IMG/VR virus record: IMGVR_UViG_3300012921_000006
Coordinates: 1-40,531 of that record
Origin: a virus
Length of the DNA stretch: 40,531 nt
Strand: one strand, 5' to 3'
A model generated the notes under the pieces. The model made no database searches. It saw only the letters and a list, made by a program, of their open reading frames with translations, and had not been told where the DNA came from. This document shows positions 1 through 7,942 of the stretch, piece by piece. The stretch's first letter is position 1. Each line of letters opens with the position of its first letter. A program made the position numbers and the translations under genes.

Positions 1-123
1 ATCGGTAATGGGAACAGATGCGGGGTGCGAATTGGATGCGGTTCGAATTGATTTGGATGCAGGCAGTGCCTAACGCCATGAAATCGATACAGTTTTTTTG
101 ATCAGTGGTGCCCAAGGTCGGAC
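1..123. repeat. Terminal direct repeat, left copy (identical to 40409..40531). Either an att-type junction or the overlap of a circular/concatemeric unit.
   Basis: Base-by-base comparison shows all 123 nt identical. The copy contains the last 73 nt of the integrase reading frame (TAA at 71..73) and a tRNA 3'-end-like 18-mer at 106..123. Confidence 0.9.
106..123 (-). other. tRNA 3'-end-like segment (acceptor 3' strand + discriminator + CCA); fragment only
   Basis: The minus strand reads GTCCGAC-CTTGGGC-A-CCA, i.e. T-stem 3' half, a 7-nt acceptor strand, discriminator and CCA. The sequence after 123 is not tRNA-like, so this is not a full gene. Confidence 0.3.
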
Positions 124-368
124 GCATGAAAGCGCCCATTTTTTCAGCATAATCCTCCGTAAATGGATGCAACCGCCCATTAACAGAATCAATGACTTAC
201 AAGGATTTGGAAGCGCCCGATCCGCCTTGTCTCGGGCCAGTCTGACCGAATGTCGCTTCCTGCCGTTGCAATGCGGTTTTTGATTATTTGATCAAGAAAC
301 GGCCGTGCTATCAGGGCGCGACGGAAAAAAATGAAGTACGGAATCGTACTTAAACCCTGTGAGGCAAA

Positions 369-602
369 ATGGGCAGATCAACGCGGGTTCGATCAATCGA
401 GGCTCTGGCAAGGGAACTTCAGGCGCAGATCACGGCAGGCGTTCTATCGGCCGAAATCGGCGATCAGATCGAGTTCAGCTTCGTCGTCCCTGCGTCCAAG
501 ACCTTCCCCAACGGCGGTGTGGTATGCAGCTTCAGAACGATGGCCGTATCCGCGCATCGACCGGGACAGGAAGGCAGCGATTTCCGGCTGACAATTTCTT
601 AG
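369..602 (+). CDS. hypothetical protein (77 aa)
   Basis: ORF with GTGAGG-like SD a few nt upstream. Third-position GC is only moderate. No recognisable motif. Confidence 0.3.
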   Translation: MGRSTRVRSIEALARELQAQITAGVLSAEIGDQIEFSFVVPASKTFPNGGVVCSFRTMAVSAHRPGQEGSDFRLTIS

Positions 603-624
603 CCCACCCACAGACATCGCCGCT

Positions 625-939
625 TTGATAAAAGAGCCAGCGTTCCTGTCGTTGACTCTTTCATGGGTCGAGTTTCAGGTGGGCACAGGACACGTGGCGA
701 GAGCGGCAAAATCTTCTGATGTTCGCGGACACTTCGAAGCCCTTGGCTACGATGTGAAGCTCTCCCGTGATGGGTTTGTCCAGATCCGACCAGCCGGTCA
801 GGTGCGCTGGCAAAGCGGACAGTGGGTCCGCGACTACATGGTCACAGATCAAGGACAGGTGTTCCTGGTCAACGTGAACCCAAGCCATCAACCACCTCTG
901 CGCGGATGGTCGGCCATTGTTCACGCTATCCTCAGCTGA
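625..939 (+). CDS. hypothetical protein (104 aa, TTG start)
   Basis: ORF with G-rich first codon positions. It is preferred over the antisense ORF 661..1077, which would run into the bioY start. Confidence 0.35.
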   Translation: MIKEPAFLSLTLSWVEFQVGTGHVARAAKSSDVRGHFEALGYDVKLSRDGFVQIRPAGQVRWQSGQWVRDYMVTDQGQVFLVNVNPSHQPPLRGWSAIVHAILS

Positions 940-1015
940 TCGATAGAATTCGTTCTGCTTGTCTGGGACTACGGAACAGCCTACGACCAACTGGTCCTTG
1001 AAACTGGAGCCAGCC

Positions 1016-1558
1016 ATGGAACGCAGCCTGTCACACATCGCCTTGTTCGCCGCACTGATCGCGGTCCTGGGCTTCATTCCTCAGGTCATGCTCCCCTTTG
1101 GTGTACCGATCACCGCGCAGAGCCTTGGCATCATGCTCTGCGGCACCGTGCTTGGTGCAAAGCGCGGGGCCCTGGCGGTCATGCTGTTCCTTCTGCTTGT
1201 AGCCCTCGGGCTGCCGTTGCTGTCCGGTGGCCGCGGCGGTCTTGGCGTTTTTGCATCGCCGACCGTCGGCTTCTTGATTGGCTTTCCAGTGGCCGCGTTC
1301 ATTGCGGGCATGATCACCGAGACTGTGGAGTTTCCCATCGGCTGGGCGGCAGGGATCGGCGCATTCGTCGGCGGGGTGGTCGTGCTCTATGCGTTTGGGG
1401 TTACGGGTTTGGCGTTCATGCTCGACAAGACACTTGGTGAAGCAGCGTTGCTGGTCATGGCTTTCGTGCCGGGGGATCTGATCAAGGTTGTCCTTGCCGG
1501 GCTCATCACGCAAACGCTGGCGAGGATGCGCCCCGGACTTCTTCCGTCTCGCAACTGA
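1016..1558 (+). CDS. bioY: BioY-family biotin transporter (ECF S-component type), solitary
   Basis: 180 aa and almost entirely hydrophobic helices. BioY-type signature around GVPITAQSLGIMLCGTVLGAKRG. GGAG SD lies 6 nt before ATG 1016; the ORF-table start at 959 is an upstream TTG. Confidence 0.85.
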   Translation: MERSLSHIALFAALIAVLGFIPQVMLPFGVPITAQSLGIMLCGTVLGAKRGALAVMLFLLLVALGLPLLSGGRGGLGVFASPTVGFLIGFPVAAFIAGMITETVEFPIGWAAGIGAFVGGVVVLYAFGVTGLAFMLDKTLGEAALLVMAFVPGDLIKVVLAGLITQTLARMRPGLLPSRN

Positions 1559-1757
1559 CGAAAAGCAAGTCCCGGTCCCTCCAGGAGATGTGGGCCGGGC
1601 CGCTGCCGTCAATCTTCAAAGCACTCAACCAATCAGGGCGTGCGTGAAGCCTTGCGGCTCCGGCTCTGGGTTCACCCCCAGCCCAACCAGAGTGTTGCAA
1701 AGACCTCTTGTGTCGGCAAGAGCGCAAATTTGCACAGGTGGATGGCAGCGTCAGGCC

Positions 1758-2135
1758 TCAATGGAAGCTGGGACTATGACGTGCCATCAGGTCTGCACAG
1801 ACTTGCCGCCTCTCCTCCTGGTCGTCCAGACAGACATACCCGACCTCGGCAGCCTCAGCGGCGATGAACGACCAAAAGCGGCGATGCCCGCCATGGCCAG
1901 AACCGATATCGCTGTCGATGTTGTCCGTTTCACTGACGAACAACATCTCCCCATATCCTCTGGCGGCCTGGGCATCAGTCCGTGGCTGGACCAGCACGAC
2001 ATATACCCCAGGCATCTTGGGTAACGACTGTCCGAACTTGCCGATCTTGAGATCGACGCTCCCGCTGTCGCCAATGGGCACGCGCCGGTAACGTGGCGTT
2101 GGGGTCAATCTCTTCTCCGAAAGGGCAGCAGGCAA
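1758..2135 (-). CDS. hypothetical protein (125 aa)
   Basis: Longest sensible ORF in the 1560..2200 interval; overlapping plus-strand ORFs are Arg/Pro-rich junk. A faint GIY-YIG-like pattern (PGVYVV ... LFVSETDNI) is not strong enough to call. Confidence 0.4.
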   Translation of the reverse strand: MPAALSEKRLTPTPRYRRVPIGDSGSVDLKIGKFGQSLPKMPGVYVVLVQPRTDAQAARGYGEMLFVSETDNIDSDIGSGHGGHRRFWSFIAAEAAEVGYVCLDDQEERRQVCADLMARHSPSFH

Positions 2136-2354
2136 AGAGGCGACACATTCGAAAACTATGATATGCTACAAAAGACGGCATTTAGCCGCAGAGCTTTAAC
2201 GATTTGCTGCGCTACACAGACCCATCCCTATTGAGCTCAACACCCAGACTTTTGACCGCTAAGACTCTTCTGGGGCTATCCGTTATAGTTTGGTTAGCCG
2301 TCGATCGTCGACGTGGGTCCTGGCCGTCAGACATTGGCAGCCCGAGGAATGAAA

Positions 2355-2738
2355 ATGCCGCGCCGTATCGTCTTGTTCGCTGGAATACTGCTGGCAACGG
2401 CGACTTCGGTCTATGCCGTGCGGCCGACTGCCAACCCCCTCAACGCCTTTGAAGTTGACATGGAGGCCGCCGACCTCTGTCACGGCCTGGCGACCGACGC
2501 TGTCCGCGGGAAGAGCGTGCTGCAGGTGGTTCGGGAAAAGGTGAAAACCTCCCGTAGCCGTGAGGCGGAGCGGACCGTTGGGTTGGTTGTCCAGACAGCG
2601 GATGGAGGAGGCGATCGGCAAGACTTCCGGGTAACGTGTCTTGCCACATGGACAGAGAGCGGGATGATGCTGATCGATCTCGACGTCGATCAACTGCCCG
2701 TCTTCCATCGAGGCGTGAAGCTCGACGCTGTTCGATAG
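2355..2738 (+). CDS. exported hypothetical protein (signal peptide)
   Basis: N-terminus MPRRIVLFAGILLATATSVYA-V looks like a Sec signal. GAGGA SD lies 6 nt upstream of ATG 2355. In-frame ATGs also occur at 2349 and 2313. Confidence 0.55.
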   Translation: MPRRIVLFAGILLATATSVYAVRPTANPLNAFEVDMEAADLCHGLATDAVRGKSVLQVVREKVKTSRSREAERTVGLVVQTADGGGDRQDFRVTCLATWTESGMMLIDLDVDQLPVFHRGVKLDAVR

Positions 2739-2750
2739 GACGACGACACC

Positions 2751-2918
2751 CTACTTCCGCTCATCCTCCGGCAGCCGCTCCGGCACCTCGATGCCATGCG
2801 CGACCAACCACTCCCTGATCTCGCCCCACAGGTCCTGCGGGCCGAACTGGCGATAGCCCATGACGTTCTCAAGCTTGCGGCGAAGGTCGGGCGGAATGGT
2901 CTGGGGCCAGTTGGGCAT
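2751..2918 (-). CDS. small hypothetical protein (55 aa)
   Basis: Very high third-position GC. AGGA SD lies about 8 nt before ATG 2918. The ORF-table start 2984 adds an implausible Cys/Arg-rich leader. Confidence 0.5.
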   Translation of the reverse strand: MPNWPQTIPPDLRRKLENVMGYRQFGPQDLWGEIREWLVAHGIEVPERLPEDERK

Positions 2919-3031
2919 GGGGCGGTTCCTGAGAACAAGCTTGACGAGTCGCGAGCGAATGGCGCAGGACCGGCATGTCAACACATTGTTGACGTAAGAA
3001 GTCTAGGATTCCGCCGTTAAGGGATTACTTT

Positions 3032-3280
3032 ATGATTGAGGTCGAAGGTGTTTCTGATGTCATCCGAGAGTTGCGGATATGGTGGATAAACAAAGGTATT
3101 TCGGCTTACTCGCTTGCGTTCTTCATCATCGTCACCGCTGCGATATGGAAGGCACCAGAGATCATTCGCGCCCTCAATGAGCGAAAAAAGATCGATCAAG
3201 AGAACCTCAGGCGTGCTAGCCTGATAGCGAACAAGATTGAAAAAGAGCGGAGCCGGAGAGGAAGGAGGACGAAGGAATGA
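3032..3280 (+). CDS. small membrane protein (1 TM + basic coiled C-terminus)
   Basis: TM segment ISAYSLAFFIIVTAAIW followed by a KKIDQENLRRASLIANKIEKERSRRGRR tail. Visibly AT-richer than the surroundings. Its stop overlaps the next start (ATGATG at 3277). Confidence 0.55.
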   Translation: MIEVEGVSDVIRELRIWWINKGISAYSLAFFIIVTAAIWKAPEIIRALNERKKIDQENLRRASLIANKIEKERSRRGRRTKE

Positions 3281-3783
3281 TGTACTATCTCAGCGCCACT
3301 ATCTTGTCTTTCCTCGCTGTACTCGGAGGCTTTTTGGCACTCCGGATAAAGTCGACCAACGACAAACTGTATGCGATCGGGGCAAAGCAGTTCTACGACA
3401 GTGTCGACAGCATTCTTCAAACACCACGAGAGCTGCCAGACGGGATGCTTGTGCTGATTGCAGACATGAACAGCTCGCTGAACTCAAGACTGAGCCCGTT
3501 TGCCTTCTACGGCGTTCTGAAAGGGGCAAACAAAAGAAAGCACGGCGAGCGACCCAAGTTGGCTTTCGAGAAAAGGGATCTGCGACCGGAGGTCGAGGCC
3601 CTTATGAATGAAGCCTTTGTCGGATGGATTACGGCATTGCGTTACAAGTCGGTCTTGGCTGGCATAGGCATAGAACAACAACTGCGCGCTACAAGAGTGA
3701 AGAGCGGAAGCATTTCTGAGCTTCCTGATCGGTCGGCAGCAATCGAGCTTCATACATATCTTAACTCGCGGGCGGCGGCTTAG
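3277..3783 (+). CDS. membrane-anchored hypothetical protein (168 aa)
   Basis: N-terminal TM YYLSATILSFLAVLGGFLAL. Translationally coupled to 3032..3280 and followed directly by an intrinsic terminator. Confidence 0.6.
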   Translation: MMYYLSATILSFLAVLGGFLALRIKSTNDKLYAIGAKQFYDSVDSILQTPRELPDGMLVLIADMNSSLNSRLSPFAFYGVLKGANKRKHGERPKLAFEKRDLRPEVEALMNEAFVGWITALRYKSVLAGIGIEQQLRATRVKSGSISELPDRSAAIELHTYLNSRAAA

Positions 3784-3786
3784 TTT

Positions 3787-3811
3787 GGCCGGGCGGCGCC
3801 CGGCCTTTTTT
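3787..3811 (+). terminator. Rho-independent terminator
   Basis: GGCCGGGC-GGC-GCCCGGCC perfect 8-bp GC stem followed by TTTTTT, 4 nt after the stop at 3783. Confidence 0.65.
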
Positions 3812-3996
3812 GTGTGCGCCTGCCACCCCACCACCATCCGCGCCCGCGCCTGATCGGCCAGATCCTTTTCGATCGGCCGCCTACCCGTTCTCAGTGTCCA
3901 GAAAATTCATGATCCAGCCCTGCACGCAGCCCTTGGCTAACGCCCTGCTGCAGCATATCTGCGCATGGACCACGGGGACGACAACTGGACGGCTAA

Positions 3997-4266
3997 ATGA
4001 TTGAAGTGAAGGCCTTAATCTGGACAACGCGCAAGTTCGACAACGGCGCTGAAGTCTTCTACCTGACCTGCGCATACACCCCGTTCGGCGTGATCATCAT
4101 TCACTCACTTGCTGGAGCGAAGTACGCGTTTTCCTACGGCCCATCGGAAAAGCCGATCGGACAATATCCGAATGAAGCGACGGCGATCGCTGCGGCTGAG
4201 GAAGATTACCGATCGAAGGTCATCTCGGCCGTGTCCAGCGTTAGCGAAAAAGCAACTCGGACCTGA
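3997..4266 (+). CDS. hypothetical protein; small domain paralogous to the middle of 38353..38901
   Basis: Shared pattern with the 38353 gene: VKAL[IV]W ... Y.I.I ... A.AAA..DY....I.A. Confidence 0.5.
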   Translation: MIEVKALIWTTRKFDNGAEVFYLTCAYTPFGVIIIHSLAGAKYAFSYGPSEKPIGQYPNEATAIAAAEEDYRSKVISAVSSVSEKATRT

Positions 4267-4356
4267 GCGCTCCCCGCAGTGGCGAACAAGCAACGAGTCT
4301 AAGGTCGCTGGGCGCGAGACGCATTTATCATTTCGAGACGAGCTTGGCTGAGGCGC

Positions 4357-4557
4357 ATGGTCTTGAGACTTTCTCACCGCGATTTGCTTGGACATGACAT
4401 GGACATTGCACGTTGGTTTCTTGCATTCACTGAGGCCCGACTGCGTGCTCTGGAAAAGGAGCTTCTTTCAGCCAGTGCGTCCGATCTGCTTGTCCTAGCC
4501 ATTGCCGGTGTTCTGGCCATGCTCATTTCTGTTTACCTGCAAGCTCCTCAATCATAG
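4357..4557 (+). CDS. small hypothetical membrane protein
   Basis: ORF with C-terminal hydrophobic stretch LLVLAIAGVLAMLISVYL. No clear SD; alternative ATG at 4399. Confidence 0.3.
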   Translation: MVLRLSHRDLLGHDMDIARWFLAFTEARLRALEKELLSASASDLLVLAIAGVLAMLISVYLQAPQS

Positions 4558-4568
4558 AGTTCCCGTGT

Positions 4569-4883
4569 TCACGCAGGAACCCGCAGGCTCCGCCGCACGG
4601 TGATGTTCCCCTCCCACACCGTGCGGGGAGCCTGCTCGGACATCGTGACCCTCACCTGCACGGTATAGACGCCCTCATCGAGGTCATCGGAGCCGAACTG
4701 CACCGCGATCTTGTCCGCGGCCGTGATGGCGCAGCTGTCGGCCTGCACGATGACGCCCGCCGCCTCTGCCAGAGCAACAGCCGTGCCGCCAACGATCGAC
4801 GTGACCGGGCTACCTGCAGGGAAAACCACCGTCACCTCGAAGGGCGCGCCGTCCAGCTCGTATGTGTTCAGGTTGTCAGTCAC
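4569..4883 (-). CDS. last gene of the late operon; fibre-associated hypothetical protein (104 aa)
   Basis: GTG start overlaps the stop of the fibre gene (GTGA). High coding GC3. Confidence 0.7.
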   Translation of the reverse strand: MTDNLNTYELDGAPFEVTVVFPAGSPVTSIVGGTAVALAEAAGVIVQADSCAITAADKIAVQFGSDDLDEGVYTVQVRVTMSEQAPRTVWEGNITVRRSLRVPA

Positions 4884-6964
4884 GCCACCCTCCAGGTCGC
4901 CTCGATGTCAAAGTCCGGCCATTCACCGATGATGGTGAAGGCCCCATAGCTGCCAGATGCGGCCAGCACGGGCCAGCTGCCCTGCACGGTCATCGGGCCA
5001 TAACTGCCGCTGGCGGCCAAGACGGGCCAGGCGCCCTCGACGGTGAACTGCGGGATGAAGGCGGCAGGATCGGCCACCGTGCCGGCCGCGCTGCCACCGA
5101 TCGGCAGATCGCCATTCGCCGCGCCCGCGACCAGGACAGCCCCAGCCGCCGCGCCGGTGAGCAGCAGAACCCCAGAGGCCGCGCCAGAGACGCGCACGGC
5201 GCCCTGTGCTACCCCGGTGAGGTCAAGGGCGCCAGCCGCAGCGCCAGAGGCCCGCACAGCCCCGCTTGCGGCCCCGGTGATGGGCAGCGTCCCTGCGGCC
5301 TGCCCGGTGACCCTGACAGTGCCTTGCGCGGCCCCGGTGAGCGGCAAGGTGCCCGAGCCAGCCCCGGCAATCCGCACGGTGCCGCTTGCCGCGCCAGTGA
5401 GGGCCAGATCACCCGCTGCGCTGCCAGTGACCGGCAGAGTGCCCACCACGCCGCTCGCTTGGCCTGTGAGGTCGAGAGCGCCCGAGGCCTGACCCTGAAC
5501 CCTGACGGTGCCCGTAGCTGCGCCCGTGAGAGGCAGCGTTCCCGCCGAGGCCCCGACCGCCGGGTTGTCAGCATCAGCGCTGCCAGTCAGCGGCAGGGAG
5601 CCGGACGCTTCGCCAGTCACCCGCACCGCGCCCGTGGCCGCGCCTGTCAGCGCCAGAGCCCCGGTCGCCGTGCCCGCAACCCTGACCGTGCCCGTCGCCG
5701 ATCCTGTGAGGTCCAGCGTGCCCGATGCCGTGCCGGTGGCTGGCGCATTGCCAACCGTTCCGGCCGAAGATCCGGTCAGGGGCAGATCGCCCGCTGCGGC
5801 CCCGGCCACGCGGACCGTTCCAGTTGCCGCGCCCGTGAAGGCCAGGTCACCGCTGGCCTGACCAGCAACCCGCACCGTGCCTGTTGCCGACCCGGTGAGC
5901 GCAATGGTGCCCGTCGCGGTGCCTGCAACTCGGATTGCGCCAGCCGCCGCGCCGGTGATGTCCAGCGAGCCTGCTGCTGCGCCCGAGACACCGGAGGCCG
6001 CGCCATAGGGCACAAAGATGATGACCGTGCCGCGCCCGCCAGATGCGCCTGCGCCGTTCCGCGTGCCGCCGCCACCACCACCGAGGCCATCCGTGCCCGC
6101 TGTGGGCGCGGTCAGCGGGAACTCGCGCCCACCTGCCCCACCACCGCCTGCGCCACCCGCCCAGAGGTTGGAGCTGTCACCCGCACCGCCGCCACCGCCA
6201 TAGGTGACAGAGGAACCCGTGATCGACCGAGCGACACCCGCTGCGCCGGTCTGGCCCGTTGCCGCGGCATTCGCGCCGCCGCCGCCCCCTGCGATGCCAC
6301 CGGTGTTTCCCGGCCCGCCCGCATTGCCCTGCCCTGCGGTGCCCGTGCCGCCCGTGGTGACTTGCCCACCGCCACCGCCGCCGCCAGAGCCGCCTGCAAG
6401 GCCGTTGCCGGGAGTGGAGAAGTCCAGACCGCGCCCGCCGCCACCGCCGCCCACGGCAGCCGCCGGGGCATTGGTGCCCGTGATCGAGGAATTGCCGCCA
6501 TTCGCGCCAGGCTGCGAAAAGTCGATGCCGTTGTTCTGGACGCCGCCCGCGCCGCCGAGACCGACCGCGACGGTATAGCTTGATGCCGTGCCGATGAATG
6601 TGGAAGAGGTCAGTCCGCCGAGGACACCGCCAGCACCACCGCCGCCGCCCGGACTGCCGAACTCACCACCACCGCCACCGCCACCGCCCGCGACAAGCAG
6701 GTAGTAGATCGTCGCCCCTGCGACGGGCGTGAATGTGCCCGCGCCAGACCATTGAAACACCTGCCCAAGCTGGCCGTCGAACGTGACGTTCTCGGTGATC
6801 GTCGGGCTGCCGGTGGTGGCCGTGATCTGGCTGGATGATCCGCCGCCGCCACCTGACGGCACTCCGAAGAACTCATCCCGCAGCAATGCTGCGACTGAGG
6901 TGGACCCAAGCCAGAGCGCGCTTCCCCCACGGATGCGGGGGAAATTGCGCAGGTATCTAGCCAT
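4880..6964 (-). CDS. glycine-rich tail fibre / receptor-binding protein with tandem 20-aa repeats
   Basis: 694 aa. Residues about 85-320 carry poly-Gly blocks (YYLLVAGGGGGGGG ... RGTVIIFVPYG), as in phage glycine-rich fibre domains. Residues about 325-630 are about 15 copies of the 20-aa unit LTGAATGTVRVAGxASGxLx. The C-terminus has 2 copies of WPVLAASGSYG. Confidence 0.85.
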   Translation of the reverse strand: MARYLRNFPRIRGGSALWLGSTSVAALLRDEFFGVPSGGGGGSSSQITATTGSPTITENVTFDGQLGQVFQWSGAGTFTPVAGATIYYLLVAGGGGGGGGEFGSPGGGGGAGGVLGGLTSSTFIGTASSYTVAVGLGGAGGVQNNGIDFSQPGANGGNSSITGTNAPAAAVGGGGGGRGLDFSTPGNGLAGGSGGGGGGGQVTTGGTGTAGQGNAGGPGNTGGIAGGGGGANAAATGQTGAAGVARSITGSSVTYGGGGGAGDSSNLWAGGAGGGGAGGREFPLTAPTAGTDGLGGGGGGTRNGAGASGGRGTVIIFVPYGAASGVSGAAAGSLDITGAAAGAIRVAGTATGTIALTGSATGTVRVAGQASGDLAFTGAATGTVRVAGAAAGDLPLTGSSAGTVGNAPATGTASGTLDLTGSATGTVRVAGTATGALALTGAATGAVRVTGEASGSLPLTGSADADNPAVGASAGTLPLTGAATGTVRVQGQASGALDLTGQASGVVGTLPVTGSAAGDLALTGAASGTVRIAGAGSGTLPLTGAAQGTVRVTGQAAGTLPITGAASGAVRASGAAAGALDLTGVAQGAVRVSGAASGVLLLTGAAAGAVLVAGAANGDLPIGGSAAGTVADPAAFIPQFTVEGAWPVLAASGSYGPMTVQGSWPVLAASGSYGAFTIIGEWPDFDIEATWRVA
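4928..5035 (-). repeat. Two tandem 54-bp coding repeats at the fibre C-terminus
   Basis: GAWPVLAASGSYGPMTVQ / GSWPVLAASGSYGAFTII. Confidence 0.7.
5075..5992 (-). repeat. Imperfect tandem 60-bp (20-codon) coding repeats inside the fibre gene
   Basis: Periodic peptide VRVAG-x-A(S/T)G-x-L-x-LTG-x-A-x-G-T, read directly from the translation. Confidence 0.8.
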
Positions 6965-7781
6965 GGGCGATCTTGCCCTGACCGCGAACCGTTCCGGTGC
7001 TGGTGGTGCTGCAGTTCATCAGCATGAAAAGGCAGCTATCGTTCGGAATTTCCGGCAGGCCAAGCTGCGACCAGTCGAATGTCTCCCCCTTGTTCGCCAG
7101 AAGCGTGGACACCATAGTCCGGGGCCGCGTGGCGACGATGCCGAAGTTCCCGGCTGTGCCGGTGGTGGCCGAGAGCGTCACGCTGTTGACCGCGCGGATG
7201 AACCGCCCGGCCACCGCCGAAACCAGCGGATAGAGGCGGCCCTGACGAGGGGTAGCGCCGAGGGCAATGGCCGCGAGGTTGCCCGTGGAGGCATCGTCAT
7301 AGGTCACGTTCACCGTAGCGTTCACGCCAGTCGCGCCGAGGGCAATGAAGACCTCCAACCACCACTGAACATCCGAATAGTTTGCATCACCGCGCCGGGC
7401 CGCGCCGGGGTCGGTCGTGACCAGCGACAGCGCACCCTGCGCCGTGGTGACAGTCCCGGAGAGGCCACCCATATGGGCAAGCCGGTCATGGATTTCGACG
7501 TTGGTCGCGTTGTTGCCCGACATGACGGCGAGCCATGCGAGGTATGATGTGGCGGGAGCGGTCTGGTTAGCGAACCCGAAGGCTCCGAGCGTGGCGGAGG
7601 TCGGAACCGCCGCAGCGCCGGGGGCCACACCAGCGCCCGGAACCCCGGTCGCCATCCACAGGCTGAAGAACTGCCCCGCCGCTGCGTTGGCGAGGCTGGT
7701 CTTGTCTATCACGATGCGGCTGGAGTTGTTCCCCAGCGCGTCGAGCAAGAGGGATACGGCATCCGCGCCTTCAATAGCCAT
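6957..7781 (-). CDS. virion-associated hypothetical protein (274 aa), fibre module
   Basis: Long ORF with high GC3. Its 3' end overlaps the fibre gene start by 8 nt. No recognisable motif. Confidence 0.8.
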   Translation of the reverse strand: MAIEGADAVSLLLDALGNNSSRIVIDKTSLANAAAGQFFSLWMATGVPGAGVAPGAAAVPTSATLGAFGFANQTAPATSYLAWLAVMSGNNATNVEIHDRLAHMGGLSGTVTTAQGALSLVTTDPGAARRGDANYSDVQWWLEVFIALGATGVNATVNVTYDDASTGNLAAIALGATPRQGRLYPLVSAVAGRFIRAVNSVTLSATTGTAGNFGIVATRPRTMVSTLLANKGETFDWSQLGLPEIPNDSCLFMLMNCSTTSTGTVRGQGKIAHG

Positions 7782-7942
7782 CAGACGGCCTCCACGAATT
7801 GCGGTGCAAACGCGCCAAGGTCACCGAGAACATAGGCGATCTGCCCGTCCTCGTGTTCGATGACCTCGGTGATTTCATGTTCGCCAGGGAAGCTCTCCGC
7901 GAAGGGCGGAAGCACCCGGACCAATTGCCCGACCGACAGCAT
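7781..7942 (-). CDS. small hypothetical protein (53 aa; below the ORF-track cutoff)
   Basis: Hand-translated as MLSVGQLVRVLPPFAESFPGEHEITEVIEHEDGQIAYVLGDLGAFAPQFVEAV. Its start and stop overlap the neighbouring genes by 1 nt each (TGATG / ATGA), so it exactly fills the gap. Confidence 0.45.
   Translation of the reverse strand: MLSVGQLVRVLPPFAESFPGEHEITEVIEHEDGQIAYVLGDLGAFAPQFVEAV

Noticed and set aside
5075-5992. Regular about 60-bp periodicity that could be mistaken for a CRISPR array
   Set aside because: The units are contiguous, with no unique spacers. They are imperfect at the DNA level and in frame with a protein repeat. No cas genes are present.
4862-6583. 573-aa plus-strand ORF, plus several 100-150-aa ORFs, antisense to the fibre gene
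   Set aside because: They are Arg/Ala/Pro-rich low-complexity translations, typical of the wrong strand of high-GC repetitive DNA. The minus-strand frame has the coherent repeat architecture and is coupled to its neighbours.
4880-6964. Diversity-generating retroelement targeting the fibre
   Set aside because: No reverse transcriptase ORF and no template repeat is visible anywhere in the window.
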